Positions 1 to 12,958 are shown, counted from the first letter of the whole stretch. The stretch is 58,658 nucleotides of DNA, filler included, from Sphacelaria rigidula (GCA_964200075.2; 9 parts of 9 records of this genome joined end to end with filler, not necessarily neighbours in it); one strand, 5' to 3'. A program made the numbers and translations. Notes: generated by a model from the letters alone, not told the origin.

Positions 1-239
1 AAAACCAAAAGAAAAAACAAAACAAACAACCACTACAAAGTACGGGGCTAATCAGTACGAAGAAAAACAAAGGAGGGGGGGGGGGGCGGAGGGGAACACA
101 TGGTTTTCCAACAACGCTACGGTGCAAGACAAGCGACTCGACGTGGTACACTACGCAAGGTGAATGGGAGGCAGACTCGAATGCGACACCTGCATCCCAA
201 GCGATGTCCGTGTTCCGTAGAACGGCTGTGTCGAGGTCG

Positions 240-1231
240 CCTTGGTCGTGTCGTTGGAGGCACCAGGATCCCCTCCGAGTGGTCCTCGGTGTAGTACGCA
301 TCATCCAAGCGAATCTGAAGGGGGCTTGGGTCATCAAGGAAACGGATAAAGTAGGAGTGGTTAGATGCAGGATCGACCAAATGAATTTTACTCAACCACC
401 ACAGTGAATCCAAGGCCTTATACCAAAATTACGCTCCGTTCGGCAAGCGCTTTCCGTGAAAGACTGCATGTATTGTGAGCGCGGTAGAAGGCTATGGCCT
501 GTCACAACAAACCGCGCTGAGTGTTCACGTGCCAGTTCCCGAGCGGCAGCTACATTGCGCATCGACCGATATCTCTTATTCAACGGGCGGTGTTGGACGG
601 TATCTCCTACCCAGTACAGCAATATTTCCCGACGAAATTGACGTAACTCAACTTCACGCTCCCATGTAACACGCATGGTACCCTTCCAATGTGTTTGATA
701 CATTACCGCAATCTTACCTCCACGACCGCGAACCAGTGGATGACCCGAAATTATATCTCCCGTAATGCGTTCCAGAGGTGTGTCCGCATCCCCAACCGTC
801 ATATGATACGGCGGAGTTTTGATCGCATACTTGGTCAACACATACTGGCTAAGCCCTACCGGCAGTTGTTTGGGCATGTCACAGGAGTCATGAGGGGGGA
901 TACACGGTTTGCGTCGTAGCATCGAGACGCGAGTTTTTGGTTTCAAACCAGGTTCATCCGTGGGAAAATCTAAATACAAAAGTTTCGCTCCCACCGGGCT
1001 CTTGTCGGGTGCGGTAGCGCTTGGACCAACAGCTAAAACTCCCCAAGGACCAGTCCAATTGAAGGATAGTTTTGCCTTCAACACTTTGTCCCAAGATGAT
1101 GATTTCGAGCTAGCCCCTTGATTGATGGTCTTCACATCGTTATACATCCATGCCCATTGGCCTACTTTCCACACCGGGCGGTTATGTACCGTATCATCCA
1201 ACTTCGAGTTCGCCTTGGCCACCTTGGCCAA
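240..1231 (-). pseudogene. Integrase C-terminal extension: GPY/F module, chromodomain-like segment, PWWP/Tudor-like segment
   Basis: KLSFNWTGPWGV; IISGHPLVRG..VMYQTHWKG...TWERE.EL...ILLYW; after a frameshift LPNGA*FWYKALDSLWWLSKI..SYFIRFLDDP. Confidence 0.6.
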
Positions 1232-2379
1232 ATTGATTTGGTTCTGTTTTCGTACGACTTCATATGCAACACGAAGACGATTGCTAACCGAAAAATGATA
1301 CTTTGCAACATGACGATCCAGACTCTGATGTCCACCTGTATTTTTGCGTTCGAATACCGTTCAAGGTAACTAGGTATGCGTCCAATATAAATTTCAATCG
1401 GTGACAATCCCGTAGCGGCATTGACTGAATTGTTGTAGGTCATCTGGACAAGGGACAGGTGCAGATCCCAGTCCATCTGTCTCTCATTCGCTACAGCAGC
1501 AAGCATCTGTGCCATCGTATGGTTCACTCGTTCCGTTCCACCATTGGTGGAAGGGTGATATAAACTAGTAAAAATACGATGGGCACCCAAAAGGTCACTG
1601 ACGGCGGCTGAAAGTTTGCCTGAACAATGCGGGCTTTTGTCAGACAATAAGCGTTTGGGCATACCCCACAGTAAGATGTACATGTAGACAAGAATGTTGG
1701 CGGTACCTTCCGCGGTATCACTACTGGAGGAGACAGCGTGCATAACCGCATGTCGACTAAATCTATCCGTAAATAACAAAATAAACGTATTCCCACTATC
1801 CGTCAGGGGCAAAGGGCCAAAATAGTCTCACGAAACTACTTCACCAGGTTCGTTTGGGAGTGGCATGGAAGCAATCGGCCAACGAACTGTCTGACGATAC
1901 GTTTTTCGCGCCTGACACAAAAGACAACACCTCACTCACCAACGACAACACTGATCCATACAAATCCACCAATAAAAACGTTCCAACATCTGGGAGGTCC
2001 GAATGGCGCCTAAATGCGTCGATGCCTGTGAACGGCATTCGTGTAGAACCCATGGGCGCAGTAGCATCGGGACGTAGATGCGGATGGGTTCATCACCTAG
2101 CAAGCGGGAATGTCGACTTGTAGGCTTCCCCCTGGGGAGGGCTGCTGTGGGCCGGCGAACTAACAGAACTATACCATCATCATCCATATGTAGCATGCCT
2201 TTCCTTGAAAGTTCAATAACTTCATCCTGGGTGGGCGCTTCGAGGTTCCCGACCGGCAAAAGGAATTCAGTTTCTGAGAATGGACATGGACAACCTTTCG
2301 AAAGATAATGAATAGCTGATTTACAAGCAGGTTCTGCCTGCTGTTCCCGGGCCAAATCGGCGTGGGAGAAGAGAGTCAA
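1162..2379 (-). pseudogene. Gypsy integrase: zinc-binding domain and DD(35)E core
   Basis: VPMLLRPWVLHEC..THLG..RT...LERFYWW...CLLCQARK; VS*DYFGPLP; LLSDKSP; YHPSTNGGTERVNHT; YNNSVNAATGLSP. Confidence 0.93.
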
Positions 2380-3142
2380 ATGTTCCTTGAATACACCATC
2401 AGCTGAAACGTCTACTTCGTGTTGGGTCGGTTCGGGGCGGGGTTGGCACGACGCGGTGATTTCGGAATAAAGGGTGAGCCTACCAGTTGGTGTACTCTAA
2501 GACGGAACGTTAACGTCTATTCCTGCGTCAATTAGCGTGGAGGGTGTTGTGGTGGTGTTCGCAATATCATCACCAAGGGAGGGGGGCACAGCAGTGGTTT
2601 CGGCTATGGTTGGCAGAGGCGGCACGGTCGGGGTCGATTTTCGGAGGGTCTTGCGTCGCGGAGGCTGCGGGGGCGCAAGGAAACTATCGGGGACCGGGGT
2701 GGGGGCAGGGAGGGGAAGGTCAAGACCAGATACGGCTAATCTGTTGGCCGCTTTGACGGTTCGCCGTCCACGAGTCCTACGCGAAATCAAATCTCGAACT
2801 TGAACTGGTAAGACGGAGTTACACCTGCTGCGTAACTATGCGCTGGCCAGTTGCACAAAAATATTCATGACCAACAGTATTCGTAGACAGTCCATTCCAA
2901 ACTGAGTACAACGATTGAGGTTGCAAGCTGTCTGGGACTGATGCGTGGGCTGTGGTCGTCGGCCCACCCATGCCTAGAGCCCGCGTTTCTCTCAGTGAAA
3001 GTGGTATGTAGATGCCTCTATGTCCATTCCTGCTTATGAAATATACAATGTCTTCGGTGGGATCGGTGATACGTCCCATGGGGGATTCATCGATAGGTTG
3101 AGCTGGTGTGGGCAAGCGTGACAGAAAGTCGGCGTTTGCGTT

Positions 3143-4471
3143 CTAGGGACCTGTGCGGTACTTCAGTTGGAAGTTGTAGGACGACATTATTTCGAACGAG
3201 CGTTGGACCCTAGCGTTGTGTTCCGCCATTTTGGCAAGGCTTTCCAAAGACTTATGATCGATAAAAATCACAAACGGGATGTCATACAAATACTGAGGCA
3301 GACATCGCACGCCCCAAACAACTGCGCTGGCTTGTTGTTCCATGACAGAACAGTTCTGTTCATTCGGAAAAGTGGTGCGACTCAGATAGACAATGGGAAG
3401 AACAGTAGCATCGACTTGCTCCTGTTCTAATGTGCAGACAAACCCAATTTTGGAAGAATCTGTGTGGAGCCGGAAAGGGCGGGAACCCTGCTCCGCGGCC
3501 GACCAGTCGGGGAAGACGAGAATCGGCGGGCGCGAAAGGATGTCAAGAAGACGGCGGACGGTTTTTGCCATTTCCAATGTTGACACAAATTTCACCCCCT
3601 TTTCGAGGAGGGTGGTGAGGGGCTTTAGCGTTTGGGCAAGCTTTGGCAAGTACTGTCTGTAGTAGCTTAGACTTCCCAACAAGAAACGTAGTTGAGGAAT
3701 GTCCCGTGGCATGGGCATATCGGAGAGTGCGGCGACCTTGTCGAGGTGTGGGCTACGACCTTCGGGGGTGATGCAATGACCCACGAACTCAATCTTCGTG
3801 GTGCTCATGCGGGAGTTGGAGGGTGTGAGTTTCAAGTTAAGTTGTTCAAACCGATTGAAGAATGATGCCAACTGTTCGACGTGTTCAGCCGGTGTGGAGT
3901 CGTGGCACACCGCATCATCAAGGTACATATGACATTTGGGCAATCCATCAGTTGCACGGAACATTACACGTTGAAACGCACCTGGGGCTCCGGCGGCACC
4001 TTGTGGTGTAACCAGCCACTTGTATGAACCTGATGACGTGCAAAACGCTGTCCGTTCAATGGAATTTGGATCCATCATGAGCTGGTGGTAGCCGGACTGC
4101 ATGTCAAAGTTCGAAAATACCTTACCCCCGCCAAGAGAGTCAATAATTTCATCAATCCGTGGAAGTGGCAGCCGGGCGATTTTGGTGACAGCGTTCAATC
4201 GTTGATAATTGACCGACAGTCTGGTTTTGCCATTCTTCTTATGGATGACTACTAAAGGCGAGGCCAACGGAGACGTCGAGTGCCGAATTAAATCGGCAGA
4301 TAAGTAACCATCGAGAATCACCTGGATCTTATCCACTAAGACGGGGTTCGTACGGTACGGACGCATAGCGATAGGTGGAGTGCCATCAGGAATCTTGATC
4401 TTAAACGGTGTCGTGATACATCGACCTAAATCCAAGGGTGCAGTAGAAAACCGTTCAGAATATCCAATCAA
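3143..4471 (-). pseudogene. Gypsy reverse transcriptase and RNase H
   Basis: RT: SPLASPLVVIHKKNGKTRLSVNYQRLN, FSNFDMQSGYHQL, TPQGAAGAPGAFQR, HMYLDDAV. RNase H: FRLHTDSSKIGF, FVIFIDHKSL, then (stop)NANADFLSR. Confidence 0.95.
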
Positions 4472-5039
4472 GATGGATCTTAATCTATCGATTACAGTGG
4501 GTGTTCAACCATCGCCAGATAGATCAAAAACAACATGCCATAATTGAGGGGGAATGTCATCCCACAACTTTGAAAACTGGCGCGTTGTTCCAAAGAAAAT
4601 CTATCCAGTAATGCAGTTGGGGGTTGAGAATCAGGTGCATCTGGTGGATTTGTCACCATCATGGGGTCAGGCATGTGTAGCGGAGGGGGGCCCGTGGATT
4701 TCGGGGGGTCGGTCGGCGAGTTGTTGTTCGCCTGGGTGCACACATCTGACAGGGCGGTTCGTATGAGAGGCGCTTGAGCATAACCCAACAACTGGCCGTT
4801 GAGTATATGGAAATATGCAGGGGACGTGAGGTAAATGGCCTGCCTACCTTCGTGAACAAAGACTTCGGTCTGTTCAAACGGACCAACCTGTGCTTGGTCA
4901 GATCTGAGCAACTCGACTAAATAATGTCCTGTGAGGGCGGGCGATCCATTGGGTCTCACGAGGTTCACTTAGATTAGTTGGGGTTCACGAGTAGGCGAGA
5001 TTTCCGGTTCACCAACATAGTACAGACGGAAAGCATTAC

Positions 5040-6416
5040 CTATTTTCGTGGGATATCCTCATACGTATGAGCTCCCGAACCAGTGTCGAAGTGACCCAGT
5101 GACAGTCTGCCTGTGACTGGACGGTTTGGTACAGGTGTGTCCGTCGTATACGTGTGTGTGGAAAAACGAAGCCAACTATCTCGACCCAACAAAACATCAA
5201 AAGACATGAAACCGTCGGGCACAATTTGTGCCCATACGGACAATCGAGCAGTGGCAGTAGTATCCTGGTAGAATTGTACGCTTAGTCTCACCGATTGATT
5301 GGCCGTAAGACATGTGGAGGAACCAAACCCACCAAAAACACGAGGGTGCACGGTGGACAGACAATACTCGTCTGCCGCGCCCGCGTTGATCATCTGTTGC
5401 CAGCAGCTGGCTGTAATGAACGTTTGAGGCGAACGAGAGTCTGGTAGTGCAAGAGCTATCAAATGACAGTTTGCACGCGCTCCACTATGTAAACCTATCT
5501 TGGTCCTAAAAGAAGCATCATCAAGAGTTCCAGTACCACTGACGAGATCGGGCCCGAATTCGGGTGAGACATCTGACACATCCTGCTTTGCTGTTTGAAC
5601 GAAGGTGCTAAAATACACCCGTTGATGATTCTGTGGGGCAAGATTTTGGTCGGAAGGATGGTGCGTGTATGGAGTGTCAGTGGTTGTGCCTGGAAGATTT
5701 GTCTCATCAGTCGAGGGTTGAATCTCATATACTGCAACGGAGGGGCGATACCGGGGAAGGGTAGTTACCGTGGTTGGACCCGACAGCTGACCTGTGCGTG
5801 GTGTTTCGCCCTTATTGGCCAACAGAGGAGGCAAATCGTCAGTGTGCAAAGTAGGATCAATTACATCATCCAGCTTGGTCGTAACAGGGGACGATTCATC
5901 GGCGCACGGCGTTGAGTTTAATACGCCAATCAACTCAATACCATCACTAATTAGGGCCAACATGGGAGGTTTCGGAGACGATTCGTCAGGACGCGGGGTT
6001 GGAAAAGCTATGCTGTTCAGCCCGGCGTCTATTAAAGGGGCCAACGTGGGCGAGTTAGGAAACGATTCGTCTTGCGTAACACCTTGTCTGCCTGGTGACG
6101 AACACACGATTGAGGTGTCTTCATTACTAGGATACGAACGTACATGAGTCGGCGAAGTCTCTGTCGCTACAGGCGGCAACGCTTCATCGGAAATGGGCTC
6201 TAACGCAGTGCACGAGGGGTGGTCAGGGAGCAGTAAGGATCTGCTCGAAATCTGGGGAGTACCGGCCTGTTCCACTCCAAGATTTTTATCTGTCTGAGCC
6301 CACACGCAATCTCCTCCTTGGAGTTCACGTGCGCTTGCTACATCAGGGTTATCTACGACACTTTCTACGATAGCCCCCCCCAAAAAGTGCATGGTTTTGG
6401 GAGGCAAATTTCCCAC
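5040..6416 (-). pseudogene. Gypsy pol: Pro/Ser/Thr-rich spacer plus retropepsin-like aspartic protease
   Basis: LIALALPDSRSPQTFITAS (degenerate LLDSGS-type active site) and FDVLLGRDSW (hhLGxD motif). Confidence 0.75.
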
Positions 6417-6429
6417 GTAAATCGAAATG

Positions 6430-6529
6430 NNNNNNNNNNNNNNNNNNNNNNNNNNNNNNNNNNNNNNNNNNNNTTAATTAATTAANNNNNNNNNNNNNNN
6501 NNNNNNNNNNNNNNNNNNNNNNNNNNNNN
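6430..6529. other. Artificial contig linker (N-run with TTAATTAATTAA six-frame stop). The same linker occurs at 12959-13058, 19488-19587, 26017-26116, 32546-32645, 39075-39174, 45603-45702 and 52131-52230
   Basis: Eight identical 100-bp linkers separate segments of 6429 bp (x6) and 6428 bp (x3). Confidence 0.97.
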
Positions 6530-8975
6530 CCCCCCCGCCCAGCCTCAAAAGTTTTCCGGGCACATCGTCCAACCCTCCTATCAAACAACAAAATTGCTCC
6601 CCCCCCCCCCCCCCAGACTTTTTGCTACCCTTGTATATTTACACCATCACCTTGTCACACCACTACGTATCAATGTACAGCACTGTCTTCTACAGCTTCG
6701 CAATTTTGTGCACACCGGGTCTACGACTGCACAAATACCTCTTTTGACGCCGGTGCCCTCAGATTGCCCCTGGATGAACGCGTCGAAATAATCCGCGAAG
6801 AACGGTAGCGGTGAGGGGTTCGGGACTCCGGTTTCTGTGGACGGGGGTGATATCGGGGGTAAGCGAGTGATGTCGAAGGCTCCATCATTAGTGCACCCAA
6901 ACAGAGATACTCACAAATAAATAAAGATACCTCTCGCGATTTGAATACAGTACGTTCTTTGACAACCCCCGCGCCAAAGGAGGACTGAAGCACAGAATCG
7001 TAACGTACGTCCAACATCACATTTGCTCATCTTTGCAGCCATGTGCTTCTGTGCGAATGCTTGATAATATATAGTCCCCAATGTACTTACTATACGAGCA
7101 CAACTTCGCGACGGGAGGATGAGAGTGATGCCGGGGAACACCTCGCGGTGTCCTGCCTTGTTTTATCTAAAGGCGACTCTAGTTGGTTCACCATCGACAC
7201 TTCGTCTCACAACACATCGCCAGGGTAAAAGACAGGCAAGCAATGACCCCTGACCAACGATTGTGGGGCCACCACCACTCGTTATCTCCTTTGCACCCTC
7301 GAATGCACCGCGGTGCTAGTATTTATTTACACTCGTGAATGTGTCCGCAGACACTGTACTACACTATTGGTGCTGTATGCAGACAGCAGAAATAGGACTG
7401 TCTATACTGTCTGTACTGCACGTTGTTCGTTTTTTTTCGTGCAGGGCATGGTTGCACGCATCACGCGGGACTTTAAGCAGAAATGTTGCACCTAACGAGG
7501 CCCGGCGCTCAAAGGTTTATTATGAACAGATACGGACGTTCAACGCTTCGGTTTTCGTCTCTAACATAGTCGTGAGGACCAACGGGAGCTGGAATTTCGT
7601 CTGCGATCGAATGTGATGGCATGGAACACACCACACCAGACAAACTGCAAAAAGCCAGCAGTGCTTCTGGCTCCGGTACAGAATGCCACTAGCTTCGAGG
7701 TCTCTCCCCGACCTACGGGGTAACGGGATTTCTTATACACCGCGGCTTTCATCTCCGAGACCACACCTCCGGCGTGGGTCTAGCTCATATGGCTGGTGAG
7801 GTTAACCGAACAAAAAAAACATCGTTTGCGGATTCGTTCCGCCGTCTGTATCTCACAGATTCCCGTCACCCACTGAGATAATAATTCACAAGGTGTCCTC
7901 ATTTCAGATGCAACATGTGGATAGACGAGAGCAGGGGCCCTTCGTTGCATGAATAAGTTGTTCCCATAATTGTTCAGCATAGCAGGAACGTACCACTCTT
8001 TCCTCGTCTAGAGGTCTGGCGTGTGGGTGTGTATATGTTGGACTCCTGTCAGCAGTACTCGCGTGTGATGCCCACGCCGTGCCGTCATCCGGGTATGCGC
8101 GGTTATGGGCCGTTGATGATCGAGTGAGCACTTTTGCACCATTTATTTGATGTTTCCTGCAACAAAACAGTATACTGTAGTTTTCTACGGCTTGATTTTC
8201 CTCTTGCACAAGGCGCGTGATGGTCCGATGCTGTCCATGCGAGAGCACGGCAAAGTAGACACAAGCGGCTATTTACGTACGCAGCAGTTGCGGCAAAACT
8301 TATCGCTCACTGATTTCCGCTCAGCATTTGTCATCGTTCCGTACGCAGTAGTTGCGGTGAAACTCATGGGCCAGTCTAGAAACGATTTTAAGCCATCACA
8401 GCCAGGATGCGCACACTTAGTAAAGTCCAATCAAGGGGCAGATGCCTATCTATTCAACAAATCGGTCAGATGCTTTCTCGTTATTGATTGAACGCCATGT
8501 CGTGTCAGTCTCGTATCATACGGAGATGTTGCGATGCTAAAGTCTATAGCAAACCCCTTCACAATGTATCATCAGCGGGTGAGGCTGATACTTCGGTGTG
8601 AACATTCCTTGGGGCACGGGAAAACGATGGATACCCTCACCTTGACCTAATTCTTCATCTATCGGGAGGTGTGGTACAATACTAAAGTCTGTGTATTGCA
8701 GTAAATGAAATGCACTGGTGGTTTAAATCTGGATTGTGAAGCTCGAATTTGAGAGCTGTGCTTTGAAAGTTGATATGGGGAATAGAATGGGCAAGACGGA
8801 AACACCTGTTGTGAGACATTGGGTTTCTTTTATTAGAAGTCGAGGACGCTTTTTCTGTTTGAAAAAAAAGACGACCTTAACTCTTTGCCAAAACCCCCGA
8901 CATTCTACTTCACAAAATACGTCCTCATAGCTTCTTATGAAGAAAAACTCCGCGCTCACAAGACCTTCACCATCA

Positions 8976-10483
8976 CAAGCTGGTTCACGCCTATCACCCA
9001 CAAACGTGTCACCAGCAAACATATTTCGCAATACCTGACCAATATAGTCGCAAAAATTGTGTCATCAGCAAATGCCTTCCGCAATACCCACCCAATAGTC
9101 GCATATAAGGTATCATACTGACCGCAATGAAGAGACGAAGAGGGTGACATGGCCGGAGTTTTGTTGAAGGCCGNNNNNNNNNNAAATTACGTATACCAAG
9201 CCCAATTTTGACCCAATCTCTACATGCTTCAAATCGTAGTAACCGTCATCGACACGAGAATCTAACGAGAAAATCATATTAAAAAAAATATTGTCAAGGG
9301 GGTCGATTTATACCCGAAACCGTGATGTTTCGGTGATGTCGGGTGTTGGCGTCGTCTAATTTCCACCAATGATACGCTCGAAAGACCCATGGAGCCTCGT
9401 GACGGTGCCCCCTATATCTGTTGTAGAAAAGCTCAGATTGCCCTCAAACTCGGCAGTTCCGTGGGTATTGATGCTCAAAATCGAAAAATTGTATTCTTGA
9501 CGTTATATAATGTTTTCTCCGTTCTCTACCGGCTTCCGGGGGTCCCAGCATGAAGATCCCCGGAAGGCGGTACAGAATGCCCCAAAAGAAATATAATGAT
9601 ATAATGCGTCCCGGGAGAGTCCAAGGAACACATGTACAAAGTGTGGTGGAGAAAATCGAACACCTCATACAGTTTTTCTTGCCTTGACGTCAAATTCACC
9701 CCAAAATACGTTTCCATACTAAAACCAAGTAGTTAGGGGTTTCACGTTTCAAGCCCACGTCCTCCACAACAAACGCGCAAACTTTCACGCTGTCATTCGG
9801 AGTTAGATCCTAAAACTTCGCATAGATATGCTATGTATCATTACGCAACTTTTTACGGACGATGTTTTTTGTACTTCTTGAGTTTTTCACCGTTTTTCGG
9901 GGGTCCGACGGGATCGAAGTCGTTTTGCGAAGTAGTCTCCATTCTGGGACCCCAGAAAAAACGGCACTACGACATATTTTTTCAATTTTTCGCGAACTAT
10001 CTTGCTCCGTATAATAACCCAAGGATGGGGTCCACAATTTTTCGTCGCAAATCTAGATCAACTGATGCTTGAATTTCCATCCAGAAGGCCCAAAAACGCC
10101 GTTGTCGTACTAAAATCAAGTAGTTTGCGGTTTCACCGCGGTACGGCAATCTTCATTGCACAAAGGCCAAAAACCTTACGCCGTTTTAAGGACTTAGACC
10201 CTAAAATTTTGCACAACTGTGCTTTGAGACATTACGCAACTTTGGAGGAACTTTTTTTTTTGAGCGTTTTACGGGGATCCGATTGGGTCGAGATTACCCC
10301 CAAAAAACTGGGACCCCCGAAAAACGGCGAAAAAAGTAAAAAAAAAGTAAAAAAAAACGCGTTCCTGCAAAGATGCGTAATGACCCATAGAACAATCGTG
10401 CGAAATTTCAGGGTCTAATTCCTGAAAACGGCGTGAGGTTTTGCCGATGAGGGATTTTTGGGTGATAGGCGTGAACCAGCCTG
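8976..10483. mobile_element. Non-autonomous TIR DNA transposon (Tc1/mariner-pogo-like, CAG termini beside TA) with internal inverted repeats
   Basis: TIRs CAAGCTGGTTCACGCCTATCACCCA (8976-9000) and TGGGTGATAGGCGTGAACCAGCCTG (10459-10483) followed by TA. Internal IR 10170-10250 vs 10361-10442. Confidence 0.7.
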
Positions 10484-10485
10484 TA

Positions 10486-11461
10486 TAGATAGCTGAAGAA
10501 AGTGTCATAGCCGGATTTGCCTTTAAGGCCATAGTGGCGGCGCTAAGGGCGAAAAGGTACCTCGGCCAATCAGCGCCCTTAAAAATGTTCCGAAATCGAA
10601 AATACAAGTTTCAAGCCCAATTCTCACCCAATCTCTACATGCTTCAAGTTGTACAGTAGTAACTTCCATCGGCTCGGGAATCGAACGGAATACACAGAGG
10701 TGGAACTGGTTACTGCGGGGTCGAATTATGCCCCAAACCGTGGTGTTTCCGTGAGCGAGGTTTTGGCGTCGGTCTAATTCCACTGATGATACGCACGAAA
10801 GTGAAGCTTAGATGGCCCTCAAACTTGGCAATTCTGTAGGTATAGAAGCTTCACATGGAAAAATGTATTTTTGACAACGTCTCAAAGTTGCTTCGTCCCC
10901 AGTGTGAAGACCCCCGGAAGGCGGTACATAATGCTTCCACAGAAAAAAAAATGATGCGTGGCAGGCTAATCCAAGAAACATGTCATGTACAAATTTTGGT
11001 AGAGAAACCCGAAAACCTCATACAGTTTTTCTCGCCTCGAGGTTAAATTCACCCAAAAATAACGTTTTTATACTAAAACCACGGAGTTAGGAGTTTGCAC
11101 GTTTTAGGCTCACGTCATCGCACAAACGCGCACAACTTTATACCGTCTTTAGGAGTTCGACCCTGAAAGTTTCCACACATGTGCTATGGGTCATTGTGCA
11201 ACTTTCAGTGGACGGGGTTTGAATACTTCTTGACCTTTTCCACCGTTCTTCGGGGATTCGACGGGGTCCAGATTTCCCCGAAAACCCTGGGACCTCAAGA
11301 AACCGGTGAAAAGTAAAAAAGCGAAAAACATAACCTCGATCTCCGAAAGTTTTGAAATGACCTACAGCAATATTGTGCACTTTTTTCGGGGTTTAACTCC
11401 TAAAAACGGCATGAAGTTTTGCGGATGAGTGCCTTTAGTTTGATGAGCGTGAACGAGCCTG
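10486..11461. mobile_element. Second, left-truncated copy of the same TIR element, in tandem
   Basis: 10610-11300 parallels 9195-9960. It ends GCGTGAACGAGCCTG followed by TA. Confidence 0.65.
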
Positions 11462-11965
11462 TATGCCTATGCGACTCTCCGTACCAAAATTATAAAGGAC
11501 AACTCTCAAATACGAGCTCCACAGTCGCCTGCAACGCTCAGATTTGTTTTTAGGCTGGCTCAGCCCGTACTGTTTCCCATTTTCTCTATGTACTCATATG
11601 TCCCCTGCCACAGTAGAGGACAAAACTCCACCCGCCGTACTAGTAGTTTGAAGAAACCGCTGTTGTACCGCAAGGAAGGAGGGTAACATGTAACATACAA
11701 AGACCGGACAGGCAAGTGCTTGGAAGCAACGATGGTCATTAACACAGTATATTGAATGATCGATGACCAAATACAGCAGTGTAAAATCGACTGAAAATGC
11801 TCCACCCTGTAATCGCCATGGTGGCCGATTCAACAGATCGCCTACCCTGGTGGTGAAAGGGATACTAATAACATGCATTGGCACGTTTCACGACAGGGAG
11901 GGAGGCGGGGCGGTGTTGAGCATCGCCCCCCCCCGCATCCTCGCGTGCGCCTAGACTAGAGGCAT

Positions 11966-12913
11966 CATATGAAGGAGGAATTACAAGCGCTAAGGCGGAA
12001 AGTAGACGAGGAAGAGCACCTGAAGATATGCGGGGGATTGAGAGAGGGGATAGGGATGATAAGATATCTTGCACGGCAAAATGGGCTACGCGAAAAAATT
12101 GAAAAGTGTAATCGGGTGGGAGACCTGAACCTTCCAGAAAGCAAAAAATAGTATACCAGTAGTCGGGGGGAGGAGGCAGTCGATGCACAGAATTGCCCCT
12201 GTGGCAAAGAAATGTAGGGTAGAACTCATGTAATGGGAGAACGTGAGCTATACAAGGAGGAACGGAACGTGTTAGAGGGGGAATCTGGGAAGTAAACGAA
12301 GGTGGCATGAAATCGTTTGGTACGTTAGATAGCGAAAAAGCGGTCGCTATCGCCCCGGTGGCTCAGTTGGTAACCTCGAAACCTTCTGACGGTTGGGCCG
12401 TGGGTTCGAATCTCGGAGCATCTGGGATTTTCCTCATGCCCAATAGTGGAGAGCGACAGTGTCGTGGGTACACAAAATTCTACTCCACGGTCGACGAGGG
12501 AAAGGGACTGCTGATCCCCTCTCGCGATAAAAATAAATGGCAAGCACAGCAGAAGGAAGGTGGAGTACCAAAACAAAAAACTAAAAAAAACTCCTGTGTT
12601 GACCTTCCTCCTGTGTGACCCGGGCTGGTGCGCCCACATATACCGAAAGGTGTAGACCGGCGTCCAGAATAGGTGGGACGACAACACACAACACGCAACA
12701 CATATTCTAGGAGATAGATGATGGCCACAGACGGCGAGATAGGAAGGGAACGAGATGTGTAAAAGGTTTCTGTGCAATGTACGGAAGGAATAATGAGCGC
12801 ACAGATGTTGAAGGTGTCTCTATTAGGGGCAGGAGCGGCGCTCCGTCTCAAAAGAGATGCTTAGTCGAGGGTCAAATGACTGAGGCGAGCAACAAATGGT
12901 TACCCTCGCCCCC

Positions 12914-12945
<32 letters not shown>

Positions 12946-12958
12946 CCCCGCCACCCAC
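11966..12958 (+). mobile_element. LINE ORF2 3' remnant (CCHC-type zinc knuckle) ending in poly-C, interrupted by a SINE
   Basis: Degenerate translation ..LRRKVDEEEHLKICGGLREGIGM..RVGDLNLPE..NCPCGKEM*GRTHVMGERELYKEER..AI|LGDR*WPQTA..VEGVSIRGRSGAPS..GQMTEASNK, then a C tract. Confidence 0.75.
12350..12702 (+). mobile_element. tRNA-derived SINE (family A) with CAACA-type tail
   Basis: A box GGTGGCTCAGTTGGTA and B box GGGTTCGAATCTC. Homologous copies at 18309-18660 and 32366-32545. Confidence 0.85.

Larger units (their letters stand above)
117..6429 (-). mobile_element. Degenerate Ty3/Gypsy LTR retrotransposon, internal pol region (PR-RT-RNaseH-IN); gag and LTRs not seen in the contig
   Basis: Domain order protease, RT (YLDD), RNase H, then integrase is the Gypsy order. 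Multiple in-frame stops and frameshifts, e.g. GP*NANADFLSRL at ~3143 and CCRW*VRCCLLC at ~1936. Confidence 0.95.

Noticed and set aside
6474..6485. Regularly spaced TTAATTAATTAA motif every ~6.5 kb
   Set aside because: It is embedded in N runs and is an artificial six-frame-stop linker, not biology.
12351..12420. tRNA gene
   Set aside because: A/B boxes are present but there is no full cloverleaf. It continues into a repeated body with a simple-repeat tail, so it is a SINE head.
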